Shown here piece after piece: positions 27,109-37,562 of a stretch of DNA of 64,000 bases; the stretch's first letter is position 1; each line of letters begins with the position of its first letter. The DNA lies in assembly GCA_963666485.2 (NCBI GenBank), contig CAXXUO010000001.1, positions 960,001 to 1,024,000 on the forward strand, written 5' to 3'. Made by a program: the position numbers and the translations under genes. The notes beneath the pieces were generated by a model, which was not told the DNA's origin, did no database searches, and worked only from the letters and a program-made list of their open reading frames with translations. This stretch comes from Syntrophorhabdaceae bacterium. GTDB lineage: Bacteria; Desulfobacterota; Syntrophorhabdia; Syntrophorhabdales; Syntrophorhabdaceae.

Positions 27109-27666
27109 ATGCCGCCTGTCAACAAATTCCCTCACCTTACGGGAAGAGATGATTGCGTCCTCGTTGTCATTGACGTGCAGGAAAAACTCATGCCTGTTAT
27201 TCATGACAGGGACGAGGTTATCCGGAATACCGCAACGCTTGTGCAATTTTGCGCCATAACGGGGATACCCGTCATTTTCACCGAGCAGCAAAAATTGGGG
27301 CCGACCCTTTCTGCCGTACGGGAATTGGCAGCTGATTTCGGTGCCATTGAAAAGGTGCATTTCAACTGTTTCCTGAACCCCGCGTTCTCGGACATGGTGG
27401 CTCGAACGGGAAAAAGAACGATCATCCTCGCTGGCGCCGAAGCACACATTTGTGTTGCCCAGACCGCCCTGTCGATAATTGCCGACCGGCCGGTGCATGT
27501 TATATCCGACGCCGTTTCATCACGCACCCCCGCCAATAAGTCCGTTGCCCTGGCACGGATGCGCGACGCCGGCGTCATCATCACGTCCACCGAGATGTTC
27601 ATCTACGAGATACTCGTTCAAGCCGGTACAGCGGAGTTCAAGTCGGTCTTGCCCCTCGTAAAATAA
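27109..27666 (+). CDS. Isochorismatase family hydrolase
   Basis: LVVIDVQEKL, LAGAEAHICVAQTA, DAVSSR. Confidence 0.9.
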   Translation: MPPVNKFPHLTGRDDCVLVVIDVQEKLMPVIHDRDEVIRNTATLVQFCAITGIPVIFTEQQKLGPTLSAVRELAADFGAIEKVHFNCFLNPAFSDMVARTGKRTIILAGAEAHICVAQTALSIIADRPVHVISDAVSSRTPANKSVALARMRDAGVIITSTEMFIYEILVQAGTAEFKSVLPLVK

Positions 27667-27723
27667 CCACTGGTTCTTCCCATATTTTTGACATTTCTCC
27701 GGCTTTTGCTCCGGAATCCTGCG

Positions 27724-29082
27724 GATAGTGTCAAGAATCTTTCGCACTTTCCATAGCAACCCCACTAATCCGGTTATGCCTTAATGCTCTCGATGATCTC
27801 CTGCTCAAGCCGGTCCATTTTCAGGTACTGGCTCATTCCCCATTTGGTTCCCGCTATGTGCCTTAGCCGGGCAGCCACGAGCATGAGTGCCGACCTGCCG
27901 TCAGGGAACGACCCGACGACCCGTGTGCGCCGTCTGATCTCCTTCATGATCCGCTCCAGGGGGTTGTTGGTCCTGATCCTCCTCCAGTGCTCGCGGGGGA
28001 ACCCGTAATAGCCGAGCGTCTCGTGGATCCCCTCGTTCAGCATGTCCGCGGCCCTGCCGAGTTTCATCTCCTTGAGCTTCTTCACCACCGCCTCCGCTTT
28101 CTTCTGCGCTTCTTTCCTGTCCTCCTGGGCATGGATCGCCGTGAGCATGGCGACGACCTCCTTGATCTTCCCCCTGGGCACGACGGTGAACACGTTCCGG
28201 TAGAAGTGGACAACGCACCTCTGCCATGAGGCGTCGGGGTAGAACAGGGCGAGACTCTCGACGAGGCCCAGGCACTTGTCGGATATGAAGAGCTCCACAC
28301 CCTTGAGCCCGCGCTCTTTGAGGTAGCGCAGGAAGGATGTCCAGCTGTCCTTGTCCTCCCGCGCACCCTCGGCCACACCCAGGATCTCCCGGTAGCCTTC
28401 GCGGTTCACCCCTATCGCTACAAGGACCGATACGCTCCTGACCTCCCCGCCCCAGGTCCTCTTGAGCGCTATCCCGTCGAGGTAGACGTAGGGATGCTCA
28501 CCTTCGATGGGGCTTAATCTCCACTGCTCGATCGTGGTGTATATCTTTGCGTTGAGGTTCGAGACGGTGCCGGGGCTCACCTTCGTGCCCCAGAGGGCCT
28601 CCGTGATGTCCTCGACCCTCCTTACCGACACCCCGGCCAGGTACATCTCGACGAGGGCCTCTTCCACGGATGATTCCCTTCTTTTGTACCGTTCGATGAT
28701 CGCGGTCTCGAAGGGAAGCGACCTCAGCTTGGGCATCTTGATGTCCACCTCCCCCGCCTTCGTCTGGAGGGTTCGGGTATAATGGCCCGCCCGTGTGTCC
28801 CTGCGTTCCTCCGTGCGCTCGTACCTCTGTGCGTTGCACAGGCGGGACGCCTCTTCATCGAGAAGTGCATTGAGCGTCTCCTGCACCGTTCCCCTTACGA
28901 TCTCTCCCAGGTGGTCCTTTATCTGCGCCTCATTAATCTGGATTATCGTGCCGCCTTCTGTGGTAGACTCTTTCTGGGCCATGGTTCTTCCTCCCTCTGG
29001 TTTTTGTTTTGTGTGGTGCTTAACACTACCAGATTCGAGGTTGCCATGGCTCTTAAATGTGCGAAAAATATTTTACGTTATC
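27724..29082 (-). mobile_element. IS256-family insertion sequence, 1359 bp
   Basis: Imperfect terminal IRs (GATAGTGTCAAGAATCTTTCGCAC vs rc GATAACGTAAAATATTTTTCGCAC); 8-bp direct repeats ATCCTGCG at 27716-27723 and 29083-29090. Confidence 0.93.
27774..28982 (-). CDS. IS256-family (Mutator-type DDE) transposase
   Basis: EMYLAGVSVRRV, YVYLDG, QRCVVHFYRN, RIRTNNPLERIMKEIRRRT. Confidence 0.96.
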   Translation of the reverse strand: MAQKESTTEGGTIIQINEAQIKDHLGEIVRGTVQETLNALLDEEASRLCNAQRYERTEERRDTRAGHYTRTLQTKAGEVDIKMPKLRSLPFETAIIERYKRRESSVEEALVEMYLAGVSVRRVEDITEALWGTKVSPGTVSNLNAKIYTTIEQWRLSPIEGEHPYVYLDGIALKRTWGGEVRSVSVLVAIGVNREGYREILGVAEGAREDKDSWTSFLRYLKERGLKGVELFISDKCLGLVESLALFYPDASWQRCVVHFYRNVFTVVPRGKIKEVVAMLTAIHAQEDRKEAQKKAEAVVKKLKEMKLGRAADMLNEGIHETLGYYGFPREHWRRIRTNNPLERIMKEIRRRTRVVGSFPDGRSALMLVAARLRHIAGTKWGMSQYLKMDRLEQEIIESIKA

Positions 29083-29120
29083 ATCCTGCGTCTTTAAGAA
29101 GCGAAAAAAACAAAGACACT

Positions 29121-29144
29121 AGATTCCCGCTTCGCGGGAATGAC
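29121..29144. repeat. Short palindromic REP-like element
   Basis: AGATTCCCGCTTCGCGGGAATGAC hairpin (ATTCCCGC / GCGGGAAT). Confidence 0.5.
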
Positions 29145-29200
29145 GGGGAATGATGATCGTGCCCGAAAAGGAAGTGACAAAACATGCGAGGATGGCAATT

Positions 29201-29234
29201 AAAAAGGGCCGCGAATTTCGCGGCCCCGTTTTTT
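29201..29234. terminator. Rho-independent terminator, likely bidirectional
   Basis: AAAAA-GGGCCGCGA-ATT-TCGCGGCCC-CG-TTTTTT. Confidence 0.8.
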
Positions 29235-29236
29235 CC

Positions 29237-29292
29237 TTTAGCCTTTAGCCTTTAGCCTTTAGCCGTTAGCCGTTAGCCGTTAGCCGTTAGCC
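29237..29292. repeat. Heptamer tandem repeat (TTTAGCC)4(GTTAGCC)4
   Basis: Directly visible, 5 bp past the stop of the minus-strand lipoprotein gene. Confidence 0.95.
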
Positions 29293-29297
29293 TATTT

Positions 29298-30545
29298 TTA
29301 TTTCACATAAACCAGGTCGGTCGATAAAAAACTCCCGCCCTTGTTCGTTTTTGCCCAGCTGGCATCCACACCGAAGAGCTCTTCCACCTGAAGCTCGCCT
29401 TTGAAGGCACCTTTTTTCCGCCCGAGGGGCTGCTTCGTCTTCGGATCGATGACCTCTTCACCCGGGGCATAAACCTCGAGCAGTTTTCCTTTTTCCAGGC
29501 CCGAGAGCCTCCCTGCGTTTATGTATACCTTCGTCCCGTCCACGGATGCGATCCTCGAATGCCAATCCAGGGAAAGGACCGTCTTGAGGATGTCCTCGGC
29601 TATCATTTCAATAGCAAGGTCGATCGCCTTGATCTTCGCCTTCTCGGAGCTGAGGTCGCCTTTCTCGCGTGATAACGATATCGGGTTCCTGCCTGAAAGC
29701 TGTTTCATCGTCTGGCCTGTTTCCGTGTTGAAAATATCGATGGCCAGCTTCGACATTGCAAAGGATGTCTCTTTTTCTTCCTTGCCCTCTATCCTCGAGG
29801 AGCTCGTATATACATCGGAAAGTGTCGTCTTGAGGATGGCCTGTATTCCAAAATCGGCGTTCATCTTTCGCCCGTTTGCAGCATCAAGATATGAACCCCT
29901 GATGTTCAGCGTGTTCGGGTCGACGCATATGACCGTTCCCGTGCTTTCAAGCCGCGAGATGATGCGCTTCGTGGCAAGTTCTCCCAGGCCTTCGGATTTG
30001 TAGTTGGTATTGTCTATCACGGGCAGGACAATGATCCGCCGTTTCATTTTCGGCGACGGGTATTCAAAGGATATCAGCCCCGGCATGTAACCTAATCCGA
30101 CGGGAATATAGCCCATCTGGGTAGGATAGACGTTGCCCGGCTGAATGCCTTTCTTTTTCATCTCTTCTTCAAGCTTGGCTATCCTTTTTTCGAGCTCTTC
30201 CCGTTCCTTCTTGCTCGGTGCGCTTCCGCCGACACTGAAAGAAAGCGCCTCCCCGATGCCCGGGCTGTACTGGTCCTTCCGTATCCACACGTAGGCCGGT
30301 TCATAGGGGGTGAGCATGTATTTGCGGTTACGGACATAAATATACTCGACACCGTCGATGACCTTTATGTCACCTAACTGCGGCTCTTTTGTTTCTTCAG
30401 CATCGGCACGGGACGATCTTTTTGCGGTCGGAGAATCGCTCTTGCCGGCGGTCTTCGATGGGTCTTCATCCTTTTTCTTGCCGAAAGGCATGTAACTGCA
30501 GGAAACGAGTGACAGGGCTAACAAAATCAGAATTATCTTTCGCAT
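29298..30545 (-). CDS. Lipoprotein with CsgG-like and FlgT C-terminal-like domains
   Basis: MRKIILILLALSLVS-C lipobox; KRRIIVLP; KVYINAGRLSGLEKG...IDPKT...LG. Confidence 0.65.
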   Translation of the reverse strand: MRKIILILLALSLVSCSYMPFGKKKDEDPSKTAGKSDSPTAKRSSRADAEETKEPQLGDIKVIDGVEYIYVRNRKYMLTPYEPAYVWIRKDQYSPGIGEALSFSVGGSAPSKKEREELEKRIAKLEEEMKKKGIQPGNVYPTQMGYIPVGLGYMPGLISFEYPSPKMKRRIIVLPVIDNTNYKSEGLGELATKRIISRLESTGTVICVDPNTLNIRGSYLDAANGRKMNADFGIQAILKTTLSDVYTSSSRIEGKEEKETSFAMSKLAIDIFNTETGQTMKQLSGRNPISLSREKGDLSSEKAKIKAIDLAIEMIAEDILKTVLSLDWHSRIASVDGTKVYINAGRLSGLEKGKLLEVYAPGEEVIDPKTKQPLGRKKGAFKGELQVEELFGVDASWAKTNKGGSFLSTDLVYVK

Positions 30546-30604
30546 CGTGTGATTATAAGGTAACACGAGAATAAATGTCAAATTATTACGCGTTTATTTT
30601 TGTG

Positions 30605-32743
30605 TTATACCTCGCCCTGAAAAAGCGGCAGTGAGAACGAGAAGGTGCTGCCCTTTCCCGGGGTGCTGTCAACCCATATGGCACCGCCGTGGCTCTCGAT
30701 GACCGACTTTACTATAAAAAGGCCAAGGCCGGTCCCTTCTTTTCTCGTTCCCAGCGTGCCCCTGTTATATCTTTGAAATATAAGGGGTATCTCTTTTTGG
30801 GGTATGCCAACCCCGCGGTCGGCGACCGAGACCACCACCATGGGGCCCTCCACGCGCGTATTCACGGTCACCTCGGCATCATCGGGCGAAAATTTGAGGG
30901 CATTGACAAGAAGGTTGATCATGACCCTCTCGATGTAATCCCTGTCCGCCAGGGCAAGCAGGTACCCGTCTTCTGAAAACTTCACACGGGGATACAGGTT
31001 CACGATCTCGCGAATTATCTCATTTATGTCGACAGGACGGATCGCGAATTCGATCTTTCCCGATTCTATCCGGGAAACGTTGAGGTAGTTCTCGACGAGA
31101 TGCTGAATTTTCGTCACGTTTTCATCTATATTTGCAAGCCTTTCCCTGAGGCCGCCTTCAACCGTACCATATTTCCCCTGCAATATGCGCTTGAGGAACC
31201 CTGATACCGGGACCAGGAAAGATTTTATATCGTGATTTACCGAGGAGACAAAATCCGCCTTGAACTCCTCTATTTTCTTTTCCGTCGAGATATCCTGCAA
31301 TACAAGGATGTGCCCCGGCGGCGCGTTCTCGAGCGACCACGGTGCCGAGAACACTTTCAGATACAAGGGTTCGTCGTGGTCCTTCCTGCCGATGACAAAT
31401 TCGTGGACTGCCGTGTGTTCATTCCCCGCTATCCGAAGCGAAGGGAATGCGTCCTGATAGCTGCTCCCGATCACATCCGAGGGGTCCTTACCCATTATTC
31501 TTGCCGCAGCCCCGTTGCAATAGATGATCATCCCGTCCCGGTCAACAGCGATAACGCCTTCGTCCAGCGTTTCGAGTATTGACAAGAACCGCATGCGGTC
31601 CTCGCGTATCGTCGCCGTCTTTTCCTCGAGCTCCGCATTGATGGCGCTTATCTTCTGCATATTGTCATTGATCGTTGCGGTGCGTTCCTGAACGGCCGCA
31701 GACATCTTGTTTATCGATGAGGCAACGAGCCCGAATTCCCGCATATGTATCCTGCTCTCATCGATGCGGGAATCGGTCTCGCCTCTTTCGATATGCCAGC
31801 ATGCGTTGAGGATGGCCTTGAGCGAAGGCCTGATGCCCCGCGTTATCAAGAACGTGATGATAATGACCGCAGACGTCGCAAGGATCGATATCGTGATGAA
31901 GACAAAAAGCAGCCTCTTCTTGAAAGGAAGGAATATATTTTCGCTCACGGCGATGCCGTAGGACCACTTCACGGACCTGTCGGTATTATAAGGCGAAGGC
32001 TTGTAGATCGTATAATATTGCGCGCTGCCGATGGGCGTCTTGCCGATGTATGTCCTTTTTTCCCGGTAGAGCGGCAGCGTGATATATTCCGGCAGTTTCT
32101 GGGTCTCTTCGCCCGTAACGGAAAAAATGGTGCTGAAGACCCTCGTGTCGTTCTTGAATATCGAAACGTACACCGGCTCTTCACGTTTTTGCGACAGGAG
32201 GTCGCTTAAATTTTTTATAAGGGAATTCCTGTTGTCCAGGATAAAGAACTCATTCAAAATCGCGTTACGGGACTTGAGGGGCATGGACACGTACATGGCG
32301 GCAAAATGCTGGTTGCCGGAAAAAACCGATACGAATCCCCGGGAAACGGCCCTGTCGTCAGCAACGGGCGGGACCACAGGGTCATAGACCGTATCTCTCG
32401 TCACCGTGACGACAGGCCTCATTTTCCTGTCCGTTATCTGGATAATGTCGATGTTCTCTGCCCTAAGGCGCTCCATAAGCAATTCCCGGACCTTCTTTAT
32501 GTCCCGCCGGGCAACTGCCTCCTGAAGAACGTTCCGCTGGGAAAAAAGCTCCATGCGGGATTCCACATGGTAGAATTCACGGTCCACGGCAAAAGAAAAA
32601 AGATTGATGTCGGAGTTGAGCCCTTTATCCAGTTCGTTGACGGCGATCTGGTCTATGGACCGGATCCCCGAATATGTCGTGACGATGGAGAGAAGTATTA
32701 TCAGGGTGATAAAGAAGAGAAGTATTTTGGTATAAAGGCTCAT
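30605..32743 (-). CDS. Membrane sensor histidine kinase (periplasmic sensor, HAMP, PAS, HisKA, HATPase)
   Basis: Two TM segments; SVNHDIKS H-box; NLLVNALKF, DRGVGI, GTGLGL. Confidence 0.9.
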   Translation of the reverse strand: MSLYTKILLFFITLIILLSIVTTYSGIRSIDQIAVNELDKGLNSDINLFSFAVDREFYHVESRMELFSQRNVLQEAVARRDIKKVRELLMERLRAENIDIIQITDRKMRPVVTVTRDTVYDPVVPPVADDRAVSRGFVSVFSGNQHFAAMYVSMPLKSRNAILNEFFILDNRNSLIKNLSDLLSQKREEPVYVSIFKNDTRVFSTIFSVTGEETQKLPEYITLPLYREKRTYIGKTPIGSAQYYTIYKPSPYNTDRSVKWSYGIAVSENIFLPFKKRLLFVFITISILATSAVIIITFLITRGIRPSLKAILNACWHIERGETDSRIDESRIHMREFGLVASSINKMSAAVQERTATINDNMQKISAINAELEEKTATIREDRMRFLSILETLDEGVIAVDRDGMIIYCNGAAARIMGKDPSDVIGSSYQDAFPSLRIAGNEHTAVHEFVIGRKDHDEPLYLKVFSAPWSLENAPPGHILVLQDISTEKKIEEFKADFVSSVNHDIKSFLVPVSGFLKRILQGKYGTVEGGLRERLANIDENVTKIQHLVENYLNVSRIESGKIEFAIRPVDINEIIREIVNLYPRVKFSEDGYLLALADRDYIERVMINLLVNALKFSPDDAEVTVNTRVEGPMVVVSVADRGVGIPQKEIPLIFQRYNRGTLGTRKEGTGLGLFIVKSVIESHGGAIWVDSTPGKGSTFSFSLPLFQGEV

Positions 32744-32822
32744 GTTAACCGGGTATATCCAATGATCTGCTGGCGGCTTAAGGTGCGCCCGGAAGGAATA
32801 TGCGGTGTGGCATGCTTCGAAA

Positions 32823-32897
32823 TGGTGGAGGTGAGGGGGATTGAACCCCTGACCCCCTCGTTGCGAACGAGGTGCTCTCCCGCTGAGCTACACCCCC
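32823..32897 (-). tRNA. tRNA-Ala(CGC)
   Basis: rc GGGGGTGTAGCTCAGCGGGAGAGCACCTCGTTCGCAACGAGGGGGTCAGGGGTTCAATCCCCCTCACCTCCACCA; anticodon CGC, G3:U70 pair, encoded CCA. Confidence 0.96.
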
Positions 32898-32953
32898 AAT
32901 TTGCCATAATCATAGTCCATAACCGGCCTCTATGGCAAGGTATTTATGGCATA

Positions 32954-33310
32954 TCACGGGCCGATGATTTCCTTGATCGTCTCTTTCAGCTCGCGCGTGT
33001 CCGCGGATTTCACGACATAACCGTCGGAAACCCAGCTCGACAGGTCCTGCTTGAACTCCCCGTAAGCGGAACACAGGATCACCGGCTGGTCCTTGTTCAT
33101 GTTCTTTATCGCGTTCAAGGCCTGGATGCCGTCCATGACCGGCATCTTTATATCAAGAACAATGATGTCAAACGAAGCGGCCTTGACCTTTTCCAGGGCT
33201 TCGAGGCCGTTTGATGCGGTGTCCACCTCGTAGCCCTCTTCCTCGAGTTCTTCCTTGAACAAGAGCCTGATATTCTCCTCATCATCGACAACGAGTATCT
33301 TTCTTTTCAT
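32954..33310 (-). CDS. Single-domain response regulator
   Basis: ILVVDDE, LDIKMPVMDG. Confidence 0.93.
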   Translation of the reverse strand: MKRKILVVDDEENIRLLFKEELEEEGYEVDTASNGLEALEKVKAASFDIIVLDIKMPVMDGIQALNAIKNMNKDQPVILCSAYGEFKQDLSSWVSDGYVVKSADTRELKETIKEIIGP

Positions 33311-35043
33311 GTAAGCTCCTCTTGCAGCATAATATTTTTCATAGGGAGATACACAATAAATGTAACCCCTTTCCCGGCAACATTCTCTACTTCAATGTGC
33401 CCTTTATGGTTCGTGACTATCTTGTTCGATATCGCGAGGCCAAGCCCTGTCCCGCGCTCTTTCGTCGTGAAGAACGGGTTGAATATATTGTCAATTATGG
33501 CCGGATCGATCCCGCCCCCGGTGTCGGTGATGGATGCCGCGGCAAAGGGCAGTCCTTCGTGCATGACCTTGCGCACCTTGACGGATATCGTTCCTGTGCC
33601 GTGCATTGCCTCGAAGGCGTTCATCAGGAGGTTGATGAAGACCTGTTTCAGCTGCTGGCTGTCGCAGGAAACCGGCTCTAACTCCTGGTCGAAATCCTTG
33701 ACGATGGTTATCGATTCCCAGGCCGGGTCTGATGAGAGTATGTACAGGACGTCCTCGAGGAAATCCTGGAGCCTGCACGATTCCTCAAAAGGCTGGCTCT
33801 CCTTCACATAGTGCAATATCTCGTTCAGGATCGTCTCGAGCCGCCCGACCTCGTTGAGGATTATGTTTATATAGCGGTTCTCGGTATGATCGTTCTGCAT
33901 CTTCTTCGCGAGCCGTTTCGTAAAACCGCCTATGATCACGAGGGGGTTCTTGATCTCGTGGGCGATATTCGCGGTCATTTCACCGAGGCTGCGGAACTTT
34001 TCCTGTTCGATCAGCCTTTTCTGGGCATCGGTAAGCTCCCGTACCACATTTCTGAGCCGGGAGTTAAGGAGCGTGTTCTCGAGCCCGCTCGAGATGTAGT
34101 TTGAAATGGTATTGATTATATACTGGCCGTTTTCCTCTATGCTCGCCTGCTGTTCCGTATTGTCGCCACACAGGGTGATAGTGCCGAGGACCCGGTTCTT
34201 GGAAAGGATCGGCGCCGAATAGAGGGAGTATGCGGGCGGGTTGTCGAACTGTTCGTGGGCGCCGTTGCGCAGCGAGACAGGCCGAAGCAGTTTCATGGCC
34301 GATCTTTCGAGCTGGTCGACGTACTCCTGCGCCTCGGGGTTGATTACCCCGTACGTAAAGCGCTGCGTCTCGAGCTTAAGGAGCGGATACTCGAGCTTTA
34401 CCGAAACGAATGAGGCGGAGAGCGATTTGGCGATGATAAGGGCGATGCTTTTCAACAGCTCGTGCGGACCGACATTGGACGTGAGTATCTTTCCGAGCTC
34501 AGAGAGCATTGCCAGCTCGCTTATCCGTTTTTTTGACGACAGGATAAGCTCGAAGGAGCGCAGTATGCCCCCCAGCTCACGGGCAATGACGGACAGGAGG
34601 ACCTTCTCCTGTTCCTGGATAAAATCATGGCTGTACGAGCACAGGACTATGACGCCGAACAGGTAGCTGTCATCCGAAAGCGGCAGGAAAGAAAAGGTCC
34701 TGAACTTGTCGAGATGGTCGTCGAGTTCAGGATAGAACAGGCATCCGAATCTCGGCGATATATCTTTTATGGTAAAGAACTGAGGGGACCGGCGCTGAGC
34801 GACGCTCCCGACGATCCCTTCCCCGATGTGGCAGCGATAGTGGCTTAATATCCCGAACAGTATGCTTTTTTGATTCGAATACCGGCATGTCAGCCGTTTA
34901 TCCTTGTCAAAAGTATAGACCATGACATCTTCAAAGCCGAGGTCCTGCGAAATGATGTTGAGTATCGCGTTGACCCGGGCCGTGAGATCAAGGTTCGAAT
35001 GCGAGATCTCAATGATCTTGCCGATCAGTTCAGCTTGATTCAT
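33307..35043 (-). CDS. GAF-domain sensor histidine kinase
   Basis: IAHEIKNPL, NLLMNAFEA, FNPFFTTK, GTGLGL; GAF-like N-terminus. Confidence 0.9.
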   Translation of the reverse strand: MNQAELIGKIIEISHSNLDLTARVNAILNIISQDLGFEDVMVYTFDKDKRLTCRYSNQKSILFGILSHYRCHIGEGIVGSVAQRRSPQFFTIKDISPRFGCLFYPELDDHLDKFRTFSFLPLSDDSYLFGVIVLCSYSHDFIQEQEKVLLSVIARELGGILRSFELILSSKKRISELAMLSELGKILTSNVGPHELLKSIALIIAKSLSASFVSVKLEYPLLKLETQRFTYGVINPEAQEYVDQLERSAMKLLRPVSLRNGAHEQFDNPPAYSLYSAPILSKNRVLGTITLCGDNTEQQASIEENGQYIINTISNYISSGLENTLLNSRLRNVVRELTDAQKRLIEQEKFRSLGEMTANIAHEIKNPLVIIGGFTKRLAKKMQNDHTENRYINIILNEVGRLETILNEILHYVKESQPFEESCRLQDFLEDVLYILSSDPAWESITIVKDFDQELEPVSCDSQQLKQVFINLLMNAFEAMHGTGTISVKVRKVMHEGLPFAAASITDTGGGIDPAIIDNIFNPFFTTKERGTGLGLAISNKIVTNHKGHIEVENVAGKGVTFIVYLPMKNIMLQEELT

Positions 35044-36487
35044 GCCTGGCTATCGCTTTTTTGTAAAGTTCTACATATTCACGAGCCGACTTTCCCCAGG
35101 AGAAATCTTCTTTCATGCACCGCGCGACGAGGTCCGCCCAGGCTTTTTTATCCTTGTACAGGGCCAGCGCGCGGTCGATGGCATCGAGCATTGCCTCTTT
35201 CGTGTATTCGTAAAATTTGAAACCCGTTCCCGTTTGCGGTGAACGTGTGTAGTCGATGATCGTGTCTTCGAGGCCCCCGACCCCCCGGACGACGGGTACC
35301 GTGCCGTATTTCAGGCTGTAAAGCTGGTTGAGCCCGCACGGCTCGTACTGTGACGGCATAAGGAAAAGATCGCTGCCGGCCTCTATGAGGTGGGCGAGCG
35401 CGTTGTCGTACGCTATCTTCACCGAGAATTTCCCGGGGTATTTCTTCGCGAGCTGTGTCAGGAGATCATGATATTTCCGCTCTCCTGTTCCCAGGATGGC
35501 GTACTGCATGCCGAGCGCGGCCATTTCTTCCATTGCATCCGATATCAGATCGAACCCTTTCTGGTCCGCAAGACGCGATATTGTTGCCGCAAGAGGGACA
35601 TTGGGGTCTGCGGGAAGATCGAACGCCTGCTGGAGGGCCTTCTTGCATGCCGCCTTGTTCGCCGTGTCGCCGGCGCTGAATTTGGCGGGAATGAATTTAT
35701 CCGTTTCAGGGTTCCAGTCATTGTAGTCGATCCCGTTGACTATCCCGAAAAGGTCCTCCCGCCGGGTTGTCAGGATGCCGTCAAGGCCGCAGCCGAATTC
35801 CGGCGTCTGGATCTCCTTGCTGTATTGCTTGCTGACCGTGTTTAAAATATCCGAAAAGACGATGCCGCCTTTCAGGAAGTTGATATGGCCGAAGAATTCG
35901 AGAGACTCGGGAGTGAAGTATTCCCACCCTATATTCAAAAGGTGCATGTCGTAATGCCAGAATATCCCCTGGTACCCGAGGTTGTGGATCGTAAGGAGCG
36001 TCGCTATCTTTGCGAGTTCGGGGTCATCCTTGTACAGTGTTTTCAGGAACACGGGGGCGAGCGATGTCTCCCAGTCGTTACAGTGGAGCACATCCGGTAC
36101 AAAACCGGTGACCTTGATCATTTCCAGGATGCTCTTCGCAAAAAAGATGAACCGTTCCGCATTGTCGAGGTAATCGCCGTCCGGCGTACTGTACAGGTAA
36201 TCCCTGTAATAATATTCGTCCTTCTCGACAAGATATGCGGTTATCCCGTCGTATTCGCTCTGAACGATCTCGGCATCCACAAAGGACTGGGACACCTGGC
36301 AGGAGATCCGGTGGTTGCCGTACCGCATCGGGAAGCCAAGCTCCTCTATGCCTTTATGCTTGGGCAGGACGACCCGGACATCTATCCCCAGGTCCCGAAG
36401 GGCCTTCGGCAATGCACCGGTCACGTCCGCAAGGCCCCCTGTTTTCACAAAGGGAAATATCTCGGGAGACGCAATCAATATCTTCAT
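35030..36487 (-). CDS. glgA: Glycogen synthase
   Basis: KTGGLADV, HCNDW, TIHNLGYQG, MPSQYEPCGLNQ. Confidence 0.96.
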   Translation of the reverse strand: MKILIASPEIFPFVKTGGLADVTGALPKALRDLGIDVRVVLPKHKGIEELGFPMRYGNHRISCQVSQSFVDAEIVQSEYDGITAYLVEKDEYYYRDYLYSTPDGDYLDNAERFIFFAKSILEMIKVTGFVPDVLHCNDWETSLAPVFLKTLYKDDPELAKIATLLTIHNLGYQGIFWHYDMHLLNIGWEYFTPESLEFFGHINFLKGGIVFSDILNTVSKQYSKEIQTPEFGCGLDGILTTRREDLFGIVNGIDYNDWNPETDKFIPAKFSAGDTANKAACKKALQQAFDLPADPNVPLAATISRLADQKGFDLISDAMEEMAALGMQYAILGTGERKYHDLLTQLAKKYPGKFSVKIAYDNALAHLIEAGSDLFLMPSQYEPCGLNQLYSLKYGTVPVVRGVGGLEDTIIDYTRSPQTGTGFKFYEYTKEAMLDAIDRALALYKDKKAWADLVARCMKEDFSWGKSAREYVELYKKAIARHESS

Positions 36488-36500
36488 TAATACCCCCTTC

Positions 36501-37499
36501 TTATATCTGGGTTTCTTTGAGATACGCCGTAGCTTCTTCGGGCGGTGTCGGGTTGATGTAAAAACCGGTCCCCCACTCGAACCCGGCCATCTTCGTCAGT
36601 CGCGGAATGATCTCGATATGCCAGTGATAATGCTCCATGCCGACATTGACGGCCGGCGCCGTATGGACAATATAATTGTATGGCGGGGTGTTGAGAAGCT
36701 TGACATACTTTTTGAGGATCACCGAAAGCGTCTCTGCGAGAGAATAATAATTGTCGGACGGGTCATGTTCCGAAAATACCGCCCCATGCTGTTTGGGCAG
36801 GATCCACGTTTCGAAAGGGAACCGTGATGCGTAGGGAGATATCGCTATATATCGTTCGTTCTCATAAACGATACGTTTTCCTTCCTCCCTTTCCTGGGTA
36901 ATGATATCGCAGAAGATGCATCTCTCTTTGTATTTGTGGTACGCAAGTCCCCCGCCAATCTCTTCCGAGACCCGTCTCGGTACGATCGGGAGGGCAATAA
37001 GCTGCGAATGGGCATGGTCGAGGGACGCTCCCGCAACCGAGCCGTTGTTCTTGAACACCATTATATATTTAAATCGAGTATCGCGCATAAGATCGTGTAT
37101 CCGCTCCCTGTATGCGATAAACACGTTCTGTACCCGGTTGACGGGCATATCCGACAGGGTCTCCCCGTGGTTCGGCGTCTCCACGATGACTTCGTGGGCG
37201 CCGATGCCGTTCATCTTGTCATAGATGCCGAAACCTTCGCGGTCAAGGGTGCCTTCGATGCGAAGAGCGGGAAACTTGTTGGGAACGACCCTGAGCGACC
37301 AGTCCGATCCGGGTATTCCCCCCGGTGTCCGGATCGCGTAAACCTCCGGCGGGGTCATGCTTTCATTCCCGGGGCACAGGGGGCACACCGCCACCTTTGC
37401 GGGAGGCGCCTCTTCGACGAAAAAGACAGGCCTTTTGCCTCTTTCCGTCGAAATGATAACCCATCTGTCAATGATGGGGTCTTTTCTCAATTCAGGCAT
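36501..37499 (-). CDS. galT: Galactose-1-phosphate uridylyltransferase family protein
   Basis: MPELRKDP, CPLCPGNE, GASLDHAHSQ, GFEWGTG. Confidence 0.9.
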   Translation of the reverse strand: MPELRKDPIIDRWVIISTERGKRPVFFVEEAPPAKVAVCPLCPGNESMTPPEVYAIRTPGGIPGSDWSLRVVPNKFPALRIEGTLDREGFGIYDKMNGIGAHEVIVETPNHGETLSDMPVNRVQNVFIAYRERIHDLMRDTRFKYIMVFKNNGSVAGASLDHAHSQLIALPIVPRRVSEEIGGGLAYHKYKERCIFCDIITQEREEGKRIVYENERYIAISPYASRFPFETWILPKQHGAVFSEHDPSDNYYSLAETLSVILKKYVKLLNTPPYNYIVHTAPAVNVGMEHYHWHIEIIPRLTKMAGFEWGTGFYINPTPPEEATAYLKETQI

Positions 37500-37562
37500 A
37501 TATTTGCTCCAGGTGCTCGTTTTTTGACATGTTTATTGTTGCGTGATAAAGAATTTAATTGA

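Noticed and set aside
32823..32897. tRNA-Ala as the integration site of a T6SS genomic island
   Set aside because: No integrase and no duplicated tRNA 3' end seen in the window; neighbouring genes look chromosomal
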